DNA of 61,542 nt, counting the filler. It is 5 parts of 5 records of this genome, joined end to end, with 100 filler letters (N's around TTAATTAATTAA, not from the genome) between each part and the next. Parts side by side here need not be neighbours in the genome. Positions count along the whole stretch, not along the records: positions 28,683 to 44,992 come from SRR31156797_17871; positions 45,093 to 53,624 come from SRR31156797_17873; 3 more parts are not named here. The stretch is one strand, 5' to 3'. Positions 39,300-49,102 of the stretch are shown here, in pieces (positions within the stretch are counted from its first letter, which is position 1; every line of letters begins with the position of its first letter). A program made the translations under genes and the position numbers. The notes beneath the pieces are model-generated. The model was not told where the DNA came from. It searched no databases and saw only the letters and a list, made by a program, of their open reading frames with translations.

Positions 39300-40793
39300 A
39301 TGAAAACAGAAAGGCCCAGCATGTTGAACTCAATCGAAGAAAGCCCTCTGCACGACATCGTCTCCCCTAAAAGCATAGCCTTGATGGGCGCCTCAACCGG
39401 TTTTTCCATGGGTACTGTCATCCTCAACCGGCTTCAGGAAATCGGTTTTGAAGGAAACATATATCCGGTTCATCCCAAAGCGGATGAAATTCGGGGTCTG
39501 AAGGCCTATGCAAGCATCCTGGATGTGCCGGAACCGCCGGACCTGGCCGTTATGGTGCTCCCCGCGCCCACAGCAGTTCAAACATTGGAAGAATGCGGCC
39601 GCCGGGGAGTTAAAAACGCGGTCGTGGTCTCGGGAGGATTCAGGGAAGTCAAGGGAGTAGGGGAAGACCTGGAAAAGGATCTGCTTGAAACAGCCGGGCG
39701 GCACAACATGCGGCTAGTCGGGCCGAATTGCCTGGGCGTGGCCGCTCCTCGTTATAAAATGAACACCACCACTTTCCCCTTGTTCAGCAAGCCCGGTTCC
39801 GTCGGCCTGATTTCCCAGAGCGGCAGTTTTGTAACCCAGATGTTTCAACAGGTTGAAAGCCTGGGCATCGGGCTAAGCGCGGCCTTCAGCACAGGTAATG
39901 AATCCGACCTCGACCTGGTGGACTGCCTGGAATACTTAGGCGCCTGCCCCCATACCAAAGTCATCGGCCTATACCTTGAAGGCATAAGGCGGGGACGCGA
40001 CTTTGTCCGAGTCGCCCGATCAATAGTCCCTGACAAGCCCGTGGTCGCTTATTATGTCGGCGGCAGCGAAACCGGCAGACGGGCCGGTTATTCACATACC
40101 GGCGCCCTGGCAGGCCCGGACGGTCTTTATGAAGGCGTATTCAGGCAGGCCGGAATAGTCCGGGCCCGGTCCGTAATGGAATTATTCGACTTTTGCGCCG
40201 GCCTCAGCCTGATGTCCCCGCCGGCCGGATCGAGGGTTGCCGTGCTGACCGATTCCGGAGGCCCGGGAGCGGCGGCCGCCGACGCCTGCGGCCGGACCGG
40301 CCTTGAACTCCCCGGCTTCTCGCCTGAAACCGGGGAAAAACTTTCCCCTTTCATTCCCGCAACCGGAAGCGTAAATAATCCGGTCGACCTGACTTTTTAT
40401 AAAAATCCGGATGATTATACGACCAACATTCCGGAAATACTTTTGCAGGATCCGAACGTCGACATGCTGCTCATGTATTTTCTAATGCCTCGTGAAATAG
40501 TATCCATAGCCATGAAAAGTATGGGCGTGCCTGCGGACCAGGCCGAAGCGGAAAGCGACAACATGTTGAAAAACCAATACAAGTCGATTGCCGATTTGAT
40601 TAAAAACAACCCAAAGCCCATTATCGGGTACACATTTCGCAGCCAGGAAGATCCGGGTATTAAAGTGCTGACCGAATGCGGACTCCCTGTTTTTCAGGGC
40701 GCTGAAAGAGCGGCCCGGGCAACGTACGCCCTGGCCGCTTATACCGATTTAAGAAATAAGGTTGCTAAATCATGGAACGCAAGCAACACCTGA
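39300..40793 (+). CDS. acdA: ADP-forming acyl-CoA synthetase alpha subunit, paralog 2
   Basis: Clearly homologous to 37307-38770 (IEESPL, GPNCLG, SQSGSFVTQMF, SHTGALAG, IPEILLQDPNVDML). Confidence 0.9.
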   Translation: MKTERPSMLNSIEESPLHDIVSPKSIALMGASTGFSMGTVILNRLQEIGFEGNIYPVHPKADEIRGLKAYASILDVPEPPDLAVMVLPAPTAVQTLEECGRRGVKNAVVVSGGFREVKGVGEDLEKDLLETAGRHNMRLVGPNCLGVAAPRYKMNTTTFPLFSKPGSVGLISQSGSFVTQMFQQVESLGIGLSAAFSTGNESDLDLVDCLEYLGACPHTKVIGLYLEGIRRGRDFVRVARSIVPDKPVVAYYVGGSETGRRAGYSHTGALAGPDGLYEGVFRQAGIVRARSVMELFDFCAGLSLMSPPAGSRVAVLTDSGGPGAAAADACGRTGLELPGFSPETGEKLSPFIPATGSVNNPVDLTFYKNPDDYTTNIPEILLQDPNVDMLLMYFLMPREIVSIAMKSMGVPADQAEAESDNMLKNQYKSIADLIKNNPKPIIGYTFRSQEDPGIKVLTECGLPVFQGAERAARATYALAAYTDLRNKVAKSWNASNT

Positions 40794-40814
40794 GTTGATT
40801 ACTTAACCTAACGA

Positions 40815-41558
40815 TCAAATTATTGCATTATCAGGATTTAACAAGCTTTTATCATGCATGGTGAGAATCCGGCCTGATTTTTCCTTTAGCAAAACCGCGC
40901 TGTTGTAAGCCTGTTCCACATCCAGGTGGATGCCGGGCGGTATGACCACAGGCGCCTTGCTGGAAACCCAGGCCCCTCCGCCGGCGTCGGTAAAATTTTC
41001 ATCAATGCAGCAAAATCCGGCAATACCGACCGTTCCCTGTTCCGTTTCCACCAAAACCGACTGGCAGCCGCGGCTGTGTCCGGGCGTGAATAAAGTCGTC
41101 ACGCCCGGCGCTGCTTCGACAGTTCCCTGGACAAGTTCGATATTCAAATCCTTGTATAGGTTTTGGTGATAGGCGCCTGCGAACAGGGGATGGGGATCTT
41201 CGGCGTATTCCATTTCACTTTTTTGAACGATAAACCTGGCATTGGGAAGCAGCTTCCCATTGGCGCAATGGTCGTACATCAGGTGAGTGACGACGACGTC
41301 CTTTATTTCGTGGAGTTCGGAGTCAACTTCGCGCAAGGCCGTTTCCAGACTCTTTACATTTCTTACCGGCTCGCTGCGCAAAGGCCCCATGTCTTCAGCC
41401 GTTCCGCTGGTATCCACCAGTATTTTATTTCGGCCCGACTTTAATAAAAAGCACGGGCAGGGCAGCCATTCCGATTTTCCGTAGTTGCGAAGATATGTCA
41501 TGCGCCCCAGGTCGATAACCAGTTCGGAGCAGACCAGGGGATGAATTGTCCATTTCAT
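40815..41558 (-). CDS. metallo-beta-lactamase-fold hydrolase (AHL-lactonase-like)
   Basis: RBS GAGG; LVDTS, THLMYDH (HxHxDH variant), VQKSE, TPGHSRG, terminal H-D. Confidence 0.85.
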   Translation of the reverse strand: MKWTIHPLVCSELVIDLGRMTYLRNYGKSEWLPCPCFLLKSGRNKILVDTSGTAEDMGPLRSEPVRNVKSLETALREVDSELHEIKDVVVTHLMYDHCANGKLLPNARFIVQKSEMEYAEDPHPLFAGAYHQNLYKDLNIELVQGTVEAAPGVTTLFTPGHSRGCQSVLVETEQGTVGIAGFCCIDENFTDAGGGAWVSSKAPVVIPPGIHLDVEQAYNSAVLLKEKSGRILTMHDKSLLNPDNAII

Positions 41559-41578
41559 AATTACCTCTTCAGGATAGT

Positions 41579-42964
41579 CTACTTGTAAGCAATTGAAGGC
41601 AGCCAGGTTACCAGTTCCGGCCAAAATAAGACCGCGCATAATCCGATAAGTTGTATTATTACGAACGGTATGACCCCGGCGTAAATGTGGTTGAGCTTTA
41701 CTTCCTTTGGCGAGGCTCCCTGGACAAAAAAGATGGCGAATCCGACCGGAGGGGTCAAAAACGATGTTTGCAGGGTTACGGCCATTAGAATCGCAAACCA
41801 GACCAGGCTTGCATTTTCCACAACTCCGTAACCCGGTATATTCAGCCCCATATTTTGAACCGCGGGCGCCAAAAGCGGAAGAATGATCAGGCTTATTTCT
41901 ATCCAATCCAGGAAAAATCCCAGCAGGAAAACCACGAACAATACTACTCCGATTACGCCGATTGGCCCGAAAGGCAGCGAAGTAAGCTGCTGTTCGATGA
42001 ATTCGTCGCCGCCGAGCATTCTCAGGACCATGGCGAAAAAAGTGGCCCCGATGAAGATTCCGAAAACGTACCCTGAAGTTTTAAAAGTGTCGCGCCCCAC
42101 CTGGATTATGGTTTTAAGGTCGAGTTTTCTTGACCGCCAGGCCAGCAGCATGGCCCCGACGGCGCCAATGCCCGAGGCCTCGGTGGGAGTGGCCAACCCC
42201 ATGAAGATTGATCCCAGCACCACAAAGATGAGCAGGGCCGCCGGGACGACCGCCTTCATTATTTCCCAGATAATCCCTGATGTAAGCGGTTCGTAATTCG
42301 GAGCTATCGGCGCTCCGCCGGGTCTTATAAGACCGTAGGCCAAAATGTAAAATATATAAAGCGCCCCGATAAGGACGCCGGGTATAAGGGCGCCCATAAA
42401 CAGGTCGCCCACGGACAGGGACAACTGGTCGGCCATGATAACCAGCATAATGGAAGGAGGTATGAGAATGCCGAGGGTGCCGGATGCTGCCACAACACCC
42501 GTGGCCAGTGGTTTGCTGTATCCCTGGTTGATCATGGTCGGCAAAGCCAGGACGGACAGCAAGACTACGGATGCACCGATAATGCCCGTAGACGCGGCCA
42601 GTATTATTCCGATGGCCGCCACTGTAATGGCCAGGCCGCCGCGCACCTTTCCAAACAGCTTTTGCATGCTGCCCATCAAACGCTCGGCAATACCGGCCTG
42701 GTCCAGCATCAGGCCCATAAAAATAAACATGGGCACCGCAACCATGACCCAATTGCTCATTAATTGAAAAATCCGGCCGACAACCATGCCGACCGCGTTA
42801 AAGTCGATGCCGGTGGCGGTATTAAGATAGAGGTCGGCCAGGTATCCGATCACGGCAAACAGGCAGGCCGTTCCCCCCAACACAAATGCTATGGGATACC
42901 CCGTGAAAAGAAGCGCAATAAAGGTCCCAAGCATGGCGATGACTAATATATTTTCGGTAAGCAT
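41579..42964 (-). CDS. dctM: TRAP transporter large permease
   Basis: Many TMs; AASTGIIGASV, GTLGILIPPSI, ATPTE, TSFLTPP. Confidence 0.93.
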   Translation of the reverse strand: MLTENILVIAMLGTFIALLFTGYPIAFVLGGTACLFAVIGYLADLYLNTATGIDFNAVGMVVGRIFQLMSNWVMVAVPMFIFMGLMLDQAGIAERLMGSMQKLFGKVRGGLAITVAAIGIILAASTGIIGASVVLLSVLALPTMINQGYSKPLATGVVAASGTLGILIPPSIMLVIMADQLSLSVGDLFMGALIPGVLIGALYIFYILAYGLIRPGGAPIAPNYEPLTSGIIWEIMKAVVPAALLIFVVLGSIFMGLATPTEASGIGAVGAMLLAWRSRKLDLKTIIQVGRDTFKTSGYVFGIFIGATFFAMVLRMLGGDEFIEQQLTSLPFGPIGVIGVVLFVVFLLGFFLDWIEISLIILPLLAPAVQNMGLNIPGYGVVENASLVWFAILMAVTLQTSFLTPPVGFAIFFVQGASPKEVKLNHIYAGVIPFVIIQLIGLCAVLFWPELVTWLPSIAYK

Positions 42965-43491
42965 TACTTGTGTTCTCTTACTTTGGCGATAATCAAAATG
43001 TTTTTCAGGACGGAAGAAAAAGCGGCCGCCAGGGCGACGACCATGCTGATCGGAATGACGGACTTTAATATCCATCTGTAGGGAAGGCCAAGGGGCGATG
43101 AAGAACTTTCGTTCAAGACCATCGCACTATAGGCGTAGTCAATCCCGTGATACAAAACGATTACGAGCATCGGCGTCAGAAGAAAAATAGTTCCGGTAAG
43201 ATTTATGTAAGCCTTCAGTCCGGGCGACATTCGTTGATAAAGGACATCCAGTCTTACGTGGGAGTCGTTCGTTATACAATAGGACAAGCCAAACATGATC
43301 ATAACCCCGAAAAGATGCCACTGAAGCTCTTCCAGGGCGACCGAACCATGGCTGAAGGCGTAACGCAGAACGACTTGAATAACGATTATGGCCACCAGCA
43401 ACATGTTCAGGGTCGACAACAGATTTCCCAGTTTCATAATGATCGAGTCCAGTTTGTCAGCGGCGGATTCCAAAAAATTAGCAGGCTTCAT
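42964..43491 (-). CDS. dctQ: TRAP transporter small permease
   Basis: 4 TM; VVLRY...EELQWH...HVRLD. Confidence 0.92.
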   Translation of the reverse strand: MKPANFLESAADKLDSIIMKLGNLLSTLNMLLVAIIVIQVVLRYAFSHGSVALEELQWHLFGVMIMFGLSYCITNDSHVRLDVLYQRMSPGLKAYINLTGTIFLLTPMLVIVLYHGIDYAYSAMVLNESSSSPLGLPYRWILKSVIPISMVVALAAAFSSVLKNILIIAKVREHK

Positions 43492-43571
43492 TTCAAGCAG
43501 GCTCCTTTCACAACCAAGCGCCGCGCCAATCCGTCAGGAATTGACGCAACGCCTTAAAATAATGAAGATTG

Positions 43572-44651
43572 TTATTCTTCAGCGCCCGCTTTTCTGGGAA
43601 GAAAGGCGTGTTGAGACCAGTATGAATAGTCTTTGCGGAATTTGGTCAGGTCTTCGTAGACCTTTTTAAAGAATTCATCATTGGCCGCCTGTTCGGTCGC
43701 GACTTCTTCCCATGCCGCTCGGAAAGTCTCAATCATTTCATTGGAAAAATATTTGTTGGCGACCTGGCGCTTTTCAGCATTCTCCTTGAGAATTTGAGCC
43801 TGTTTGGCCTCGCCTTCGGCCAGGGCGTTCAAAACCGTGGCCATGGCGCACATTTCAATCAATGACCGTTCGGCGGGGCTAAGCTTATTTTCCCAATAAT
43901 CCTTGTTGATAAGAAGCTCGTTAATGGTGGCCTGCTGGTGCCAACCGGGAAAATAATTGAATTTACAGACCTTATGAAACCCCAGGTTTTTGTCCACCAA
44001 GGGCATGGAAAACTCGGTCGCATCCAAAGCGCCTTTTTCCAAAGCCGGGAAAATTTCACCCGGAGGAAGCAGGGAAACAGAAGCTCCCAGCTTCTGCATT
44101 ACTTCACCACCCAGACCGAAAAACCTGATCTTGATTCCCTTGATGTCGGCCGGGGAGTTGATTTCCTTTGAATACCAACCCGCGGTTTCAGGAGGCACGA
44201 TGTTGATCGGCAACACTTTCACATTAAAACCGGCCCGGTCATACATTTCCTGGTAAAGTTTGAGTCCGTTGCCGTGATACATCCAGGCCAGAAACTCGGG
44301 CGCTTCAGGACCAAAAGGAATGCTTGAAAAAAGCGGACCCGCCGGCAGTTTTCCCGCCCAAAAGCCCGGGTTGCTGTAACCGGCCTGGATGCGCCCCTTG
44401 GAAACCGATTCCAGTATTTCAACCGCCGGAACGAGCTTTCCGGGTTCGTAAAGCTTAAAAATCAATTCTTTGCCTGACGCTTCAGCCACTTTATCGGAAA
44501 AGAATTTTATTGTTTCGCCCAATATCGGCAAGTTCGAGGAATACAAGAGCTGTGTTTTAGCAATGTTCTTGGCGGCCGCGGGCGCGGCAAGCGCCGCCAC
44601 CATGCATGTAACAGCAATAAAAATTTTAATTTTTAAGATTCGATTTCCCAT
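43572..44651 (-). CDS. dctP: TRAP substrate-binding protein (TakP/2-oxo-acid-like clade)
   Basis: RBS AAGGAG; signal peptide; PFG, GW.SKEI, KGIKIRFFG, DATEFSMP, YFPGWHQ. Confidence 0.9.
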   Translation of the reverse strand: MGNRILKIKIFIAVTCMVAALAAPAAAKNIAKTQLLYSSNLPILGETIKFFSDKVAEASGKELIFKLYEPGKLVPAVEILESVSKGRIQAGYSNPGFWAGKLPAGPLFSSIPFGPEAPEFLAWMYHGNGLKLYQEMYDRAGFNVKVLPINIVPPETAGWYSKEINSPADIKGIKIRFFGLGGEVMQKLGASVSLLPPGEIFPALEKGALDATEFSMPLVDKNLGFHKVCKFNYFPGWHQQATINELLINKDYWENKLSPAERSLIEMCAMATVLNALAEGEAKQAQILKENAEKRQVANKYFSNEMIETFRAAWEEVATEQAANDEFFKKVYEDLTKFRKDYSYWSQHAFLPRKAGAEE

Positions 44652-44992
44652 TTTCAACTCCTTTTTTGCTTGTCAATAATTTGAGTTTCGGTTAATTTCT
44701 TGTCAATTAATTATATTATTGTATGACAACATGCCATACTACTATTATTCAACAATCTCCTTGTCAAGAAAAAAAAAGTTAAAAAATGGATGCGATGGGC
44801 TTTTTGGAGTAAGGGAATTTTGTAGCGATGGTCAAGAGAGTTGGCTGGAATCATATCGATGATATTTTCAGTTCCTAAACAAAAGCAATCACCGGTTTCC
44901 AGCACTTACCAACGCATTCAATATACTGAAATATCAATTTATAGTGGTTCTCAAAAGTATTATCCAATTAACCAGGGCATAAGAAGGGCACG

Positions 44993-45092
44993 NNNNNNNN
45001 NNNNNNNNNNNNNNNNNNNNNNNNNNNNNNNNNNNNTTAATTAATTAANNNNNNNNNNNNNNNNNNNNNNNNNNNNNNNNNNNNNNNNNNNN
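44993..45092. other. artificial contig-join spacer
   Basis: N44-TTAATTAATTAA-N44. Confidence 0.99.
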
Positions 45093-45713
45093 CAGGTCGA
45101 AATCGTCGTCGGCCCGGCCCATCAGTTGGCCGCGGAAGCTTTCCATCGGGAACGCCGGCCCCGGATCCCATTTGCGTTCCGGCGCGATGTCCTCGTGGCC
45201 GAGCACGTCGAGCAGCGGATAGGCGGCGGCAATCGCCGAGGCCGCCTCGAGGGCGGCGGCGAGCTGCGGTTCGGTGTAGCGGTGCCAGCCGCGCTCGACC
45301 GTGTCGAACTTGTGGACGGCAACCATGACCTCGTCGTCCGGGTAAGCGCGCCCGAACCAGGCGGTCCAGCCGCCCGGACCGCCGTCGAGGACGCCGGCAT
45401 TGTCGAGCTCGATGCCGATGGAATGTTTGTTCAGGCCGATCAGACCGTGCCAGCGGCTGCGCCCGGCATGCCAGGCAACCCGGTTGAACGGCACCAGTTG
45501 GGTGATCGCGCCGTCGCGGCCGATGACCAGGTGGGCCGAGGCCTTGGCCCCCGGCGTGATCAGGTGGCGGATCGAGCTTTCGGCCGAGGCGCCGGCCGTG
45601 TAGTGCATGATCAGGTATCGGGGCGCCAGATCGCCGCCGATGTTCGGGCTTTCGGCGAAGGCGACCGGATCGCCGTCGTCGCCGAGACAAAGCCGGTGGT
45701 TATTGATGTGCAT
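45093..45713 (-). CDS. N-acetylmuramoyl-L-alanine amidase (Amidase_2), 3' truncated
   Basis: RBS GGGAGG; IMHYT, SAH, AWHAG, SIGIEL, GHEDIAP.RKWDPG. Confidence 0.92.
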
Positions 45714-45914
45714 GGCCTCCCCCATTTCGGCAATCACATCGATGGCGAATCGCTTCGGAGCGTAAATGCCCGAAGAGCCTGTACGCTCACAGAGAATGAC
45801 TCGCAGTCGCGTAATTGGCAACCGAAGATCGCAGCAAACGGATATTTTTCGCCGCCAGGCAATGCCCATCGGCACCGGGCGGCGGCCGGGCGGGCGGCGG
45901 ATCGGCCGAGCCGA

Positions 45915-46751
45915 TTATCCCATCGCCTCGATGACCGACGCGGTCGAGCGGGCATCGGTTTCGGAATCGCGGATCAGCCGGTCGAAATGCTCGGTCAGGG
46001 CCCGGACCTGGCGGGTTTCGCGGAAAACCATGTAGTAGCGGCCGATATAGACGGCGGCGAGCAGGGCGCCGAAAATGGTGACCGGAGCCGAATAGACCTT
46101 CTTGGTGTCGTAGAGATAGAGCCGCAGCGACGGATACAGTTCGCGGCAGCAGGTGGCCATGTGATCGATCTGTTCGCGCCGGTCGGCCTTCGGCAGGCCG
46201 CGCCAGTAGCCTTCGCCGCGGGCCAGGGATTCGACCCGTTCGAGCGGCACGCAGATTTCATAGTCCGAGCCCGGCCGGCGCAGCCATTCGGCCTTGTCGC
46301 GCACCGCCAGGCCGGCCTGGACCGGGGTTTTTTCGACGAAATCGGAATATTCGAAATGGATGACGGCGTCGGTCTTGAGGATGTCCGGCAGGGTCGTCGG
46401 CACGTGACGGATCTTGTAGCCGGCGGCCTCGCGGTGCCAGTCGTCGATCTGGGCGTCGGCCGGGGTGCGTTCGGCCTCGGTCAGGCGGAACGAGGTGGCG
46501 ACCAGGTCGGCCGCGGTTTCGCTGCGCTCGGCCAGGGCCAGCAGCCAGTCGGCGCTGACCCCCAGCGCCGAGGCGCATTCGGCCGCCAGGTGGGCGTTCG
46601 GCAGGCGGGTTTCGTCCTCGGCCAGCAATTGCGCGATGGTCGAACGGTCGACGCCGCAGGCGCGGGCCAGGGCGCTGCGGGAAATCCCGTTGCCGGTCAT
46701 GCGCTCGCCCAGGCGGCTGCGGAAGATGAGGGCGCGTTCGCGTTTATCCAT
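45915..46751 (-). CDS. XRE-family HTH regulator with C-terminal domain
   Basis: SRSALARACGVDRSTIAQLL...LGVSADWLL. Confidence 0.85.
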   Translation of the reverse strand: MDKRERALIFRSRLGERMTGNGISRSALARACGVDRSTIAQLLAEDETRLPNAHLAAECASALGVSADWLLALAERSETAADLVATSFRLTEAERTPADAQIDDWHREAAGYKIRHVPTTLPDILKTDAVIHFEYSDFVEKTPVQAGLAVRDKAEWLRRPGSDYEICVPLERVESLARGEGYWRGLPKADRREQIDHMATCCRELYPSLRLYLYDTKKVYSAPVTIFGALLAAVYIGRYYMVFRETRQVRALTEHFDRLIRDSETDARSTASVIEAMG

Positions 46752-46889
46752 GGGGAGAATTTATCACGTTTGTTTATTTTATTCGACGATGTTGAGTTAT
46801 CGTCGCGTTAATGCGGAATTCCCGCGGGCGGCGTCATCTGATATTTCCGGTGTTCAAACAAACCCGACGAAGAAACCGCATCCCGACCC

Positions 46890-47105
46890 ATGGACAGCCG
46901 ACGCCGAACCTTCGTAAAGGCCATCACCTGGCAGGCCCTGGGCCTCGTCACCGTATCGGCGTTGAGCTATCCGCACACCCATTCCCTGATCGCGGCGCTG
47001 TCGCTGGCGGCCAGCGCGTCGGCCAGCGGGTTTGTCTTTTTCCTGCTGCACGAACGGATCTGGAACGCGGTTAGTTGGGGCCGCAAGCCGCCGACCGGCC
47101 GATAA
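46890..47105 (+). CDS. DUF2061 small membrane protein
   Basis: DSRRRTFVKAITWQ...LHERIWNAVSWG. Confidence 0.85.
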   Translation: MDSRRRTFVKAITWQALGLVTVSALSYPHTHSLIAALSLAASASASGFVFFLLHERIWNAVSWGRKPPTGR

Positions 47106-47259
47106 ATCACATAACGGCGCACTTGCCGACGTCGACGTCGATCGCCACTTCCACGGCGCCCCTCCGGCGGGCTTTAACCTGCCGGCAACGGCAAAGCTGG
47201 TATAGTGATGGACGCGCGGGTAAAATTGTTGTCATAAAAATGTAATATTTGGAGCCTCG

Positions 47260-49095
47260 ATGATCCAACGGATCGTTCTGCCGGTCATTCTCGCCGTGCT
47301 CGCCTGGGGGTTCTGGGTCAGCCCGCAGTTCAAGGAAATCGCCGCCGGGGTGGCGATTTTCCTGTTCGGCATGATGGCGCTGGAACAAGGCTTCAAGGCG
47401 TTTACCGGCGGCGTCCTGGAAAAGCTGCTGAACGCCAGCACCGACAAGCTGTGGAAGAGCCTCGGCTTCGGCTTCGTATCGACGGCGGTGATGCAGTCGA
47501 GCTCCCTGGTCTCGGTCATCACGATATCTTTCCTCAGCGCCGGACTGATCGGGCTGACGGCCGGCATCGGCATCATTTTCGGGGCCAATATCGGCACGAC
47601 GACGGGGGCCTGGCTGGTCGCCGGCATCGGGCTCAATATCAAGATCTCGGCCTATGCCATGCCGATGATCGTGTTCGGCGTCGTGCTCGTCTTCCAGAAA
47701 GCCAAAACACTGAAAGGCATCGGCTACGTGCTGGCCGGGATCGGCTTTTTGTTCCTGGGCATCCACTACATGAAGACCGGATTCGCCAGCTTCCAGGAAG
47801 GCTTCGATTTATCGCGCTATGCCCTGACCGGGTTCGGCGGCCTGCTGGTCTATACCGGCATCGGCGTGCTCGCCACCGTCATCATGCAATCGAGCCACGC
47901 CACGTTGATTCTCGGCATCACGGCGCTGGCGGCCGGGCAGATCACCTATGAGAACAGCCTGGCCATCGCCATCGGGGCGAATGTCGGCACCACCATTACC
48001 GCCATTCTGGGAGCGCTCAGCGCCAACGTTCCCGGCAAGCGGCTGGCGGCGGCGCATCTGATCTTCAACCTGATCACCGGCGCCATCGCCATTGTCTTCA
48101 TCGACCTGCTGGCCCAGGCGGTCGACATCGTCAGCGAAGCCGTCGGCATCGCGGACGACAACTACACGCTGAAATTCGCCGTTTTCCATACGCTGTTCAA
48201 CGTCATCGGCGTCGTCGTCATGACGCCTTTGATCGGGCGCCTGGTGACTTGGCTGGAACGCATCATCCCGGAACAGGTGCGCCGTATTTCCGAACCGCAT
48301 TTCCTCAACGAGGCGGCGCTGGCCCTGCCCGACACGGCGTTGCGCGCCATCGTCCTGGAAGCCGGCCACCTGTATGACAACGCCTATGAATTCATCGCCA
48401 TCGGGCTGGGTCTCGACGCCGACCGGTTGCGCGGCAACGAAAAGATCAAATCCGTCATCGCCGGCGCCGGGCCGCCGGCCGACATCGACATCGACGACTT
48501 GTACGAACGGCGCATCAAAAGCCTGTTGGGGGCGATTTTCGAATTCGGCGCGCGGGCGCAGGCATCGATGACTCCGAACCAGACGCGGCTGATTCTCAAT
48601 GTGAAGGCGGCGGTGCGAGACGTTTCGCAGGCGATCAAGGACGTCAAGCACCTGAACAAGAATCTGCGGCGTTACGCCAATTCCGATCACGCCGAGATCC
48701 GCACCCAGTACAACGCCATGCGGCTTCGCATCGCCCGCATCCTGCGCGAGACCGAACATCTGCGCCAGGATCCCGAATCCTCGGGCGACAAGCTGAAGAA
48801 GCTGCGCAAGAAAATCGAAGAATCGGACATCCTGGAGGATGGCACGCTCGATACCCTGGTCCGCGACGGTCTGATCAGCCAGAAAAAGGCGTCGTCGCTG
48901 ATCAACGACAACGGTTACGCCCGCGACATCGGGCTCAGGCTGATTCAGGCCGGACGGACCATTTTCAGGGGCAAGGTCTACGACCTGATGCGCGAAGCCG
49001 GGGCCGATACCGGCGCCGAGGACGCCGACATTGAAAACGGCCCCGATCCCGAAACCGCTTCGAAAACCGAAGGCAAGGCGAAAGCGGCCGAGTGA
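47260..49095 (+). CDS. Na/Pi cotransporter family protein
   Basis: Duplicated QSSS/QSSH and GANIGTT/GANVGTT motifs; helical PhoU-like tail. Confidence 0.9.
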   Translation: MIQRIVLPVILAVLAWGFWVSPQFKEIAAGVAIFLFGMMALEQGFKAFTGGVLEKLLNASTDKLWKSLGFGFVSTAVMQSSSLVSVITISFLSAGLIGLTAGIGIIFGANIGTTTGAWLVAGIGLNIKISAYAMPMIVFGVVLVFQKAKTLKGIGYVLAGIGFLFLGIHYMKTGFASFQEGFDLSRYALTGFGGLLVYTGIGVLATVIMQSSHATLILGITALAAGQITYENSLAIAIGANVGTTITAILGALSANVPGKRLAAAHLIFNLITGAIAIVFIDLLAQAVDIVSEAVGIADDNYTLKFAVFHTLFNVIGVVVMTPLIGRLVTWLERIIPEQVRRISEPHFLNEAALALPDTALRAIVLEAGHLYDNAYEFIAIGLGLDADRLRGNEKIKSVIAGAGPPADIDIDDLYERRIKSLLGAIFEFGARAQASMTPNQTRLILNVKAAVRDVSQAIKDVKHLNKNLRRYANSDHAEIRTQYNAMRLRIARILRETEHLRQDPESSGDKLKKLRKKIEESDILEDGTLDTLVRDGLISQKKASSLINDNGYARDIGLRLIQAGRTIFRGKVYDLMREAGADTGAEDADIENGPDPETASKTEGKAKAAE

Positions 49096-49102
49096 CGGAG
49101 CC

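Noticed and set aside
40815-41906. 363-aa version of the MBL hydrolase
   Set aside because: The extension overlaps dctM; the RBS-supported ATG is at 41558
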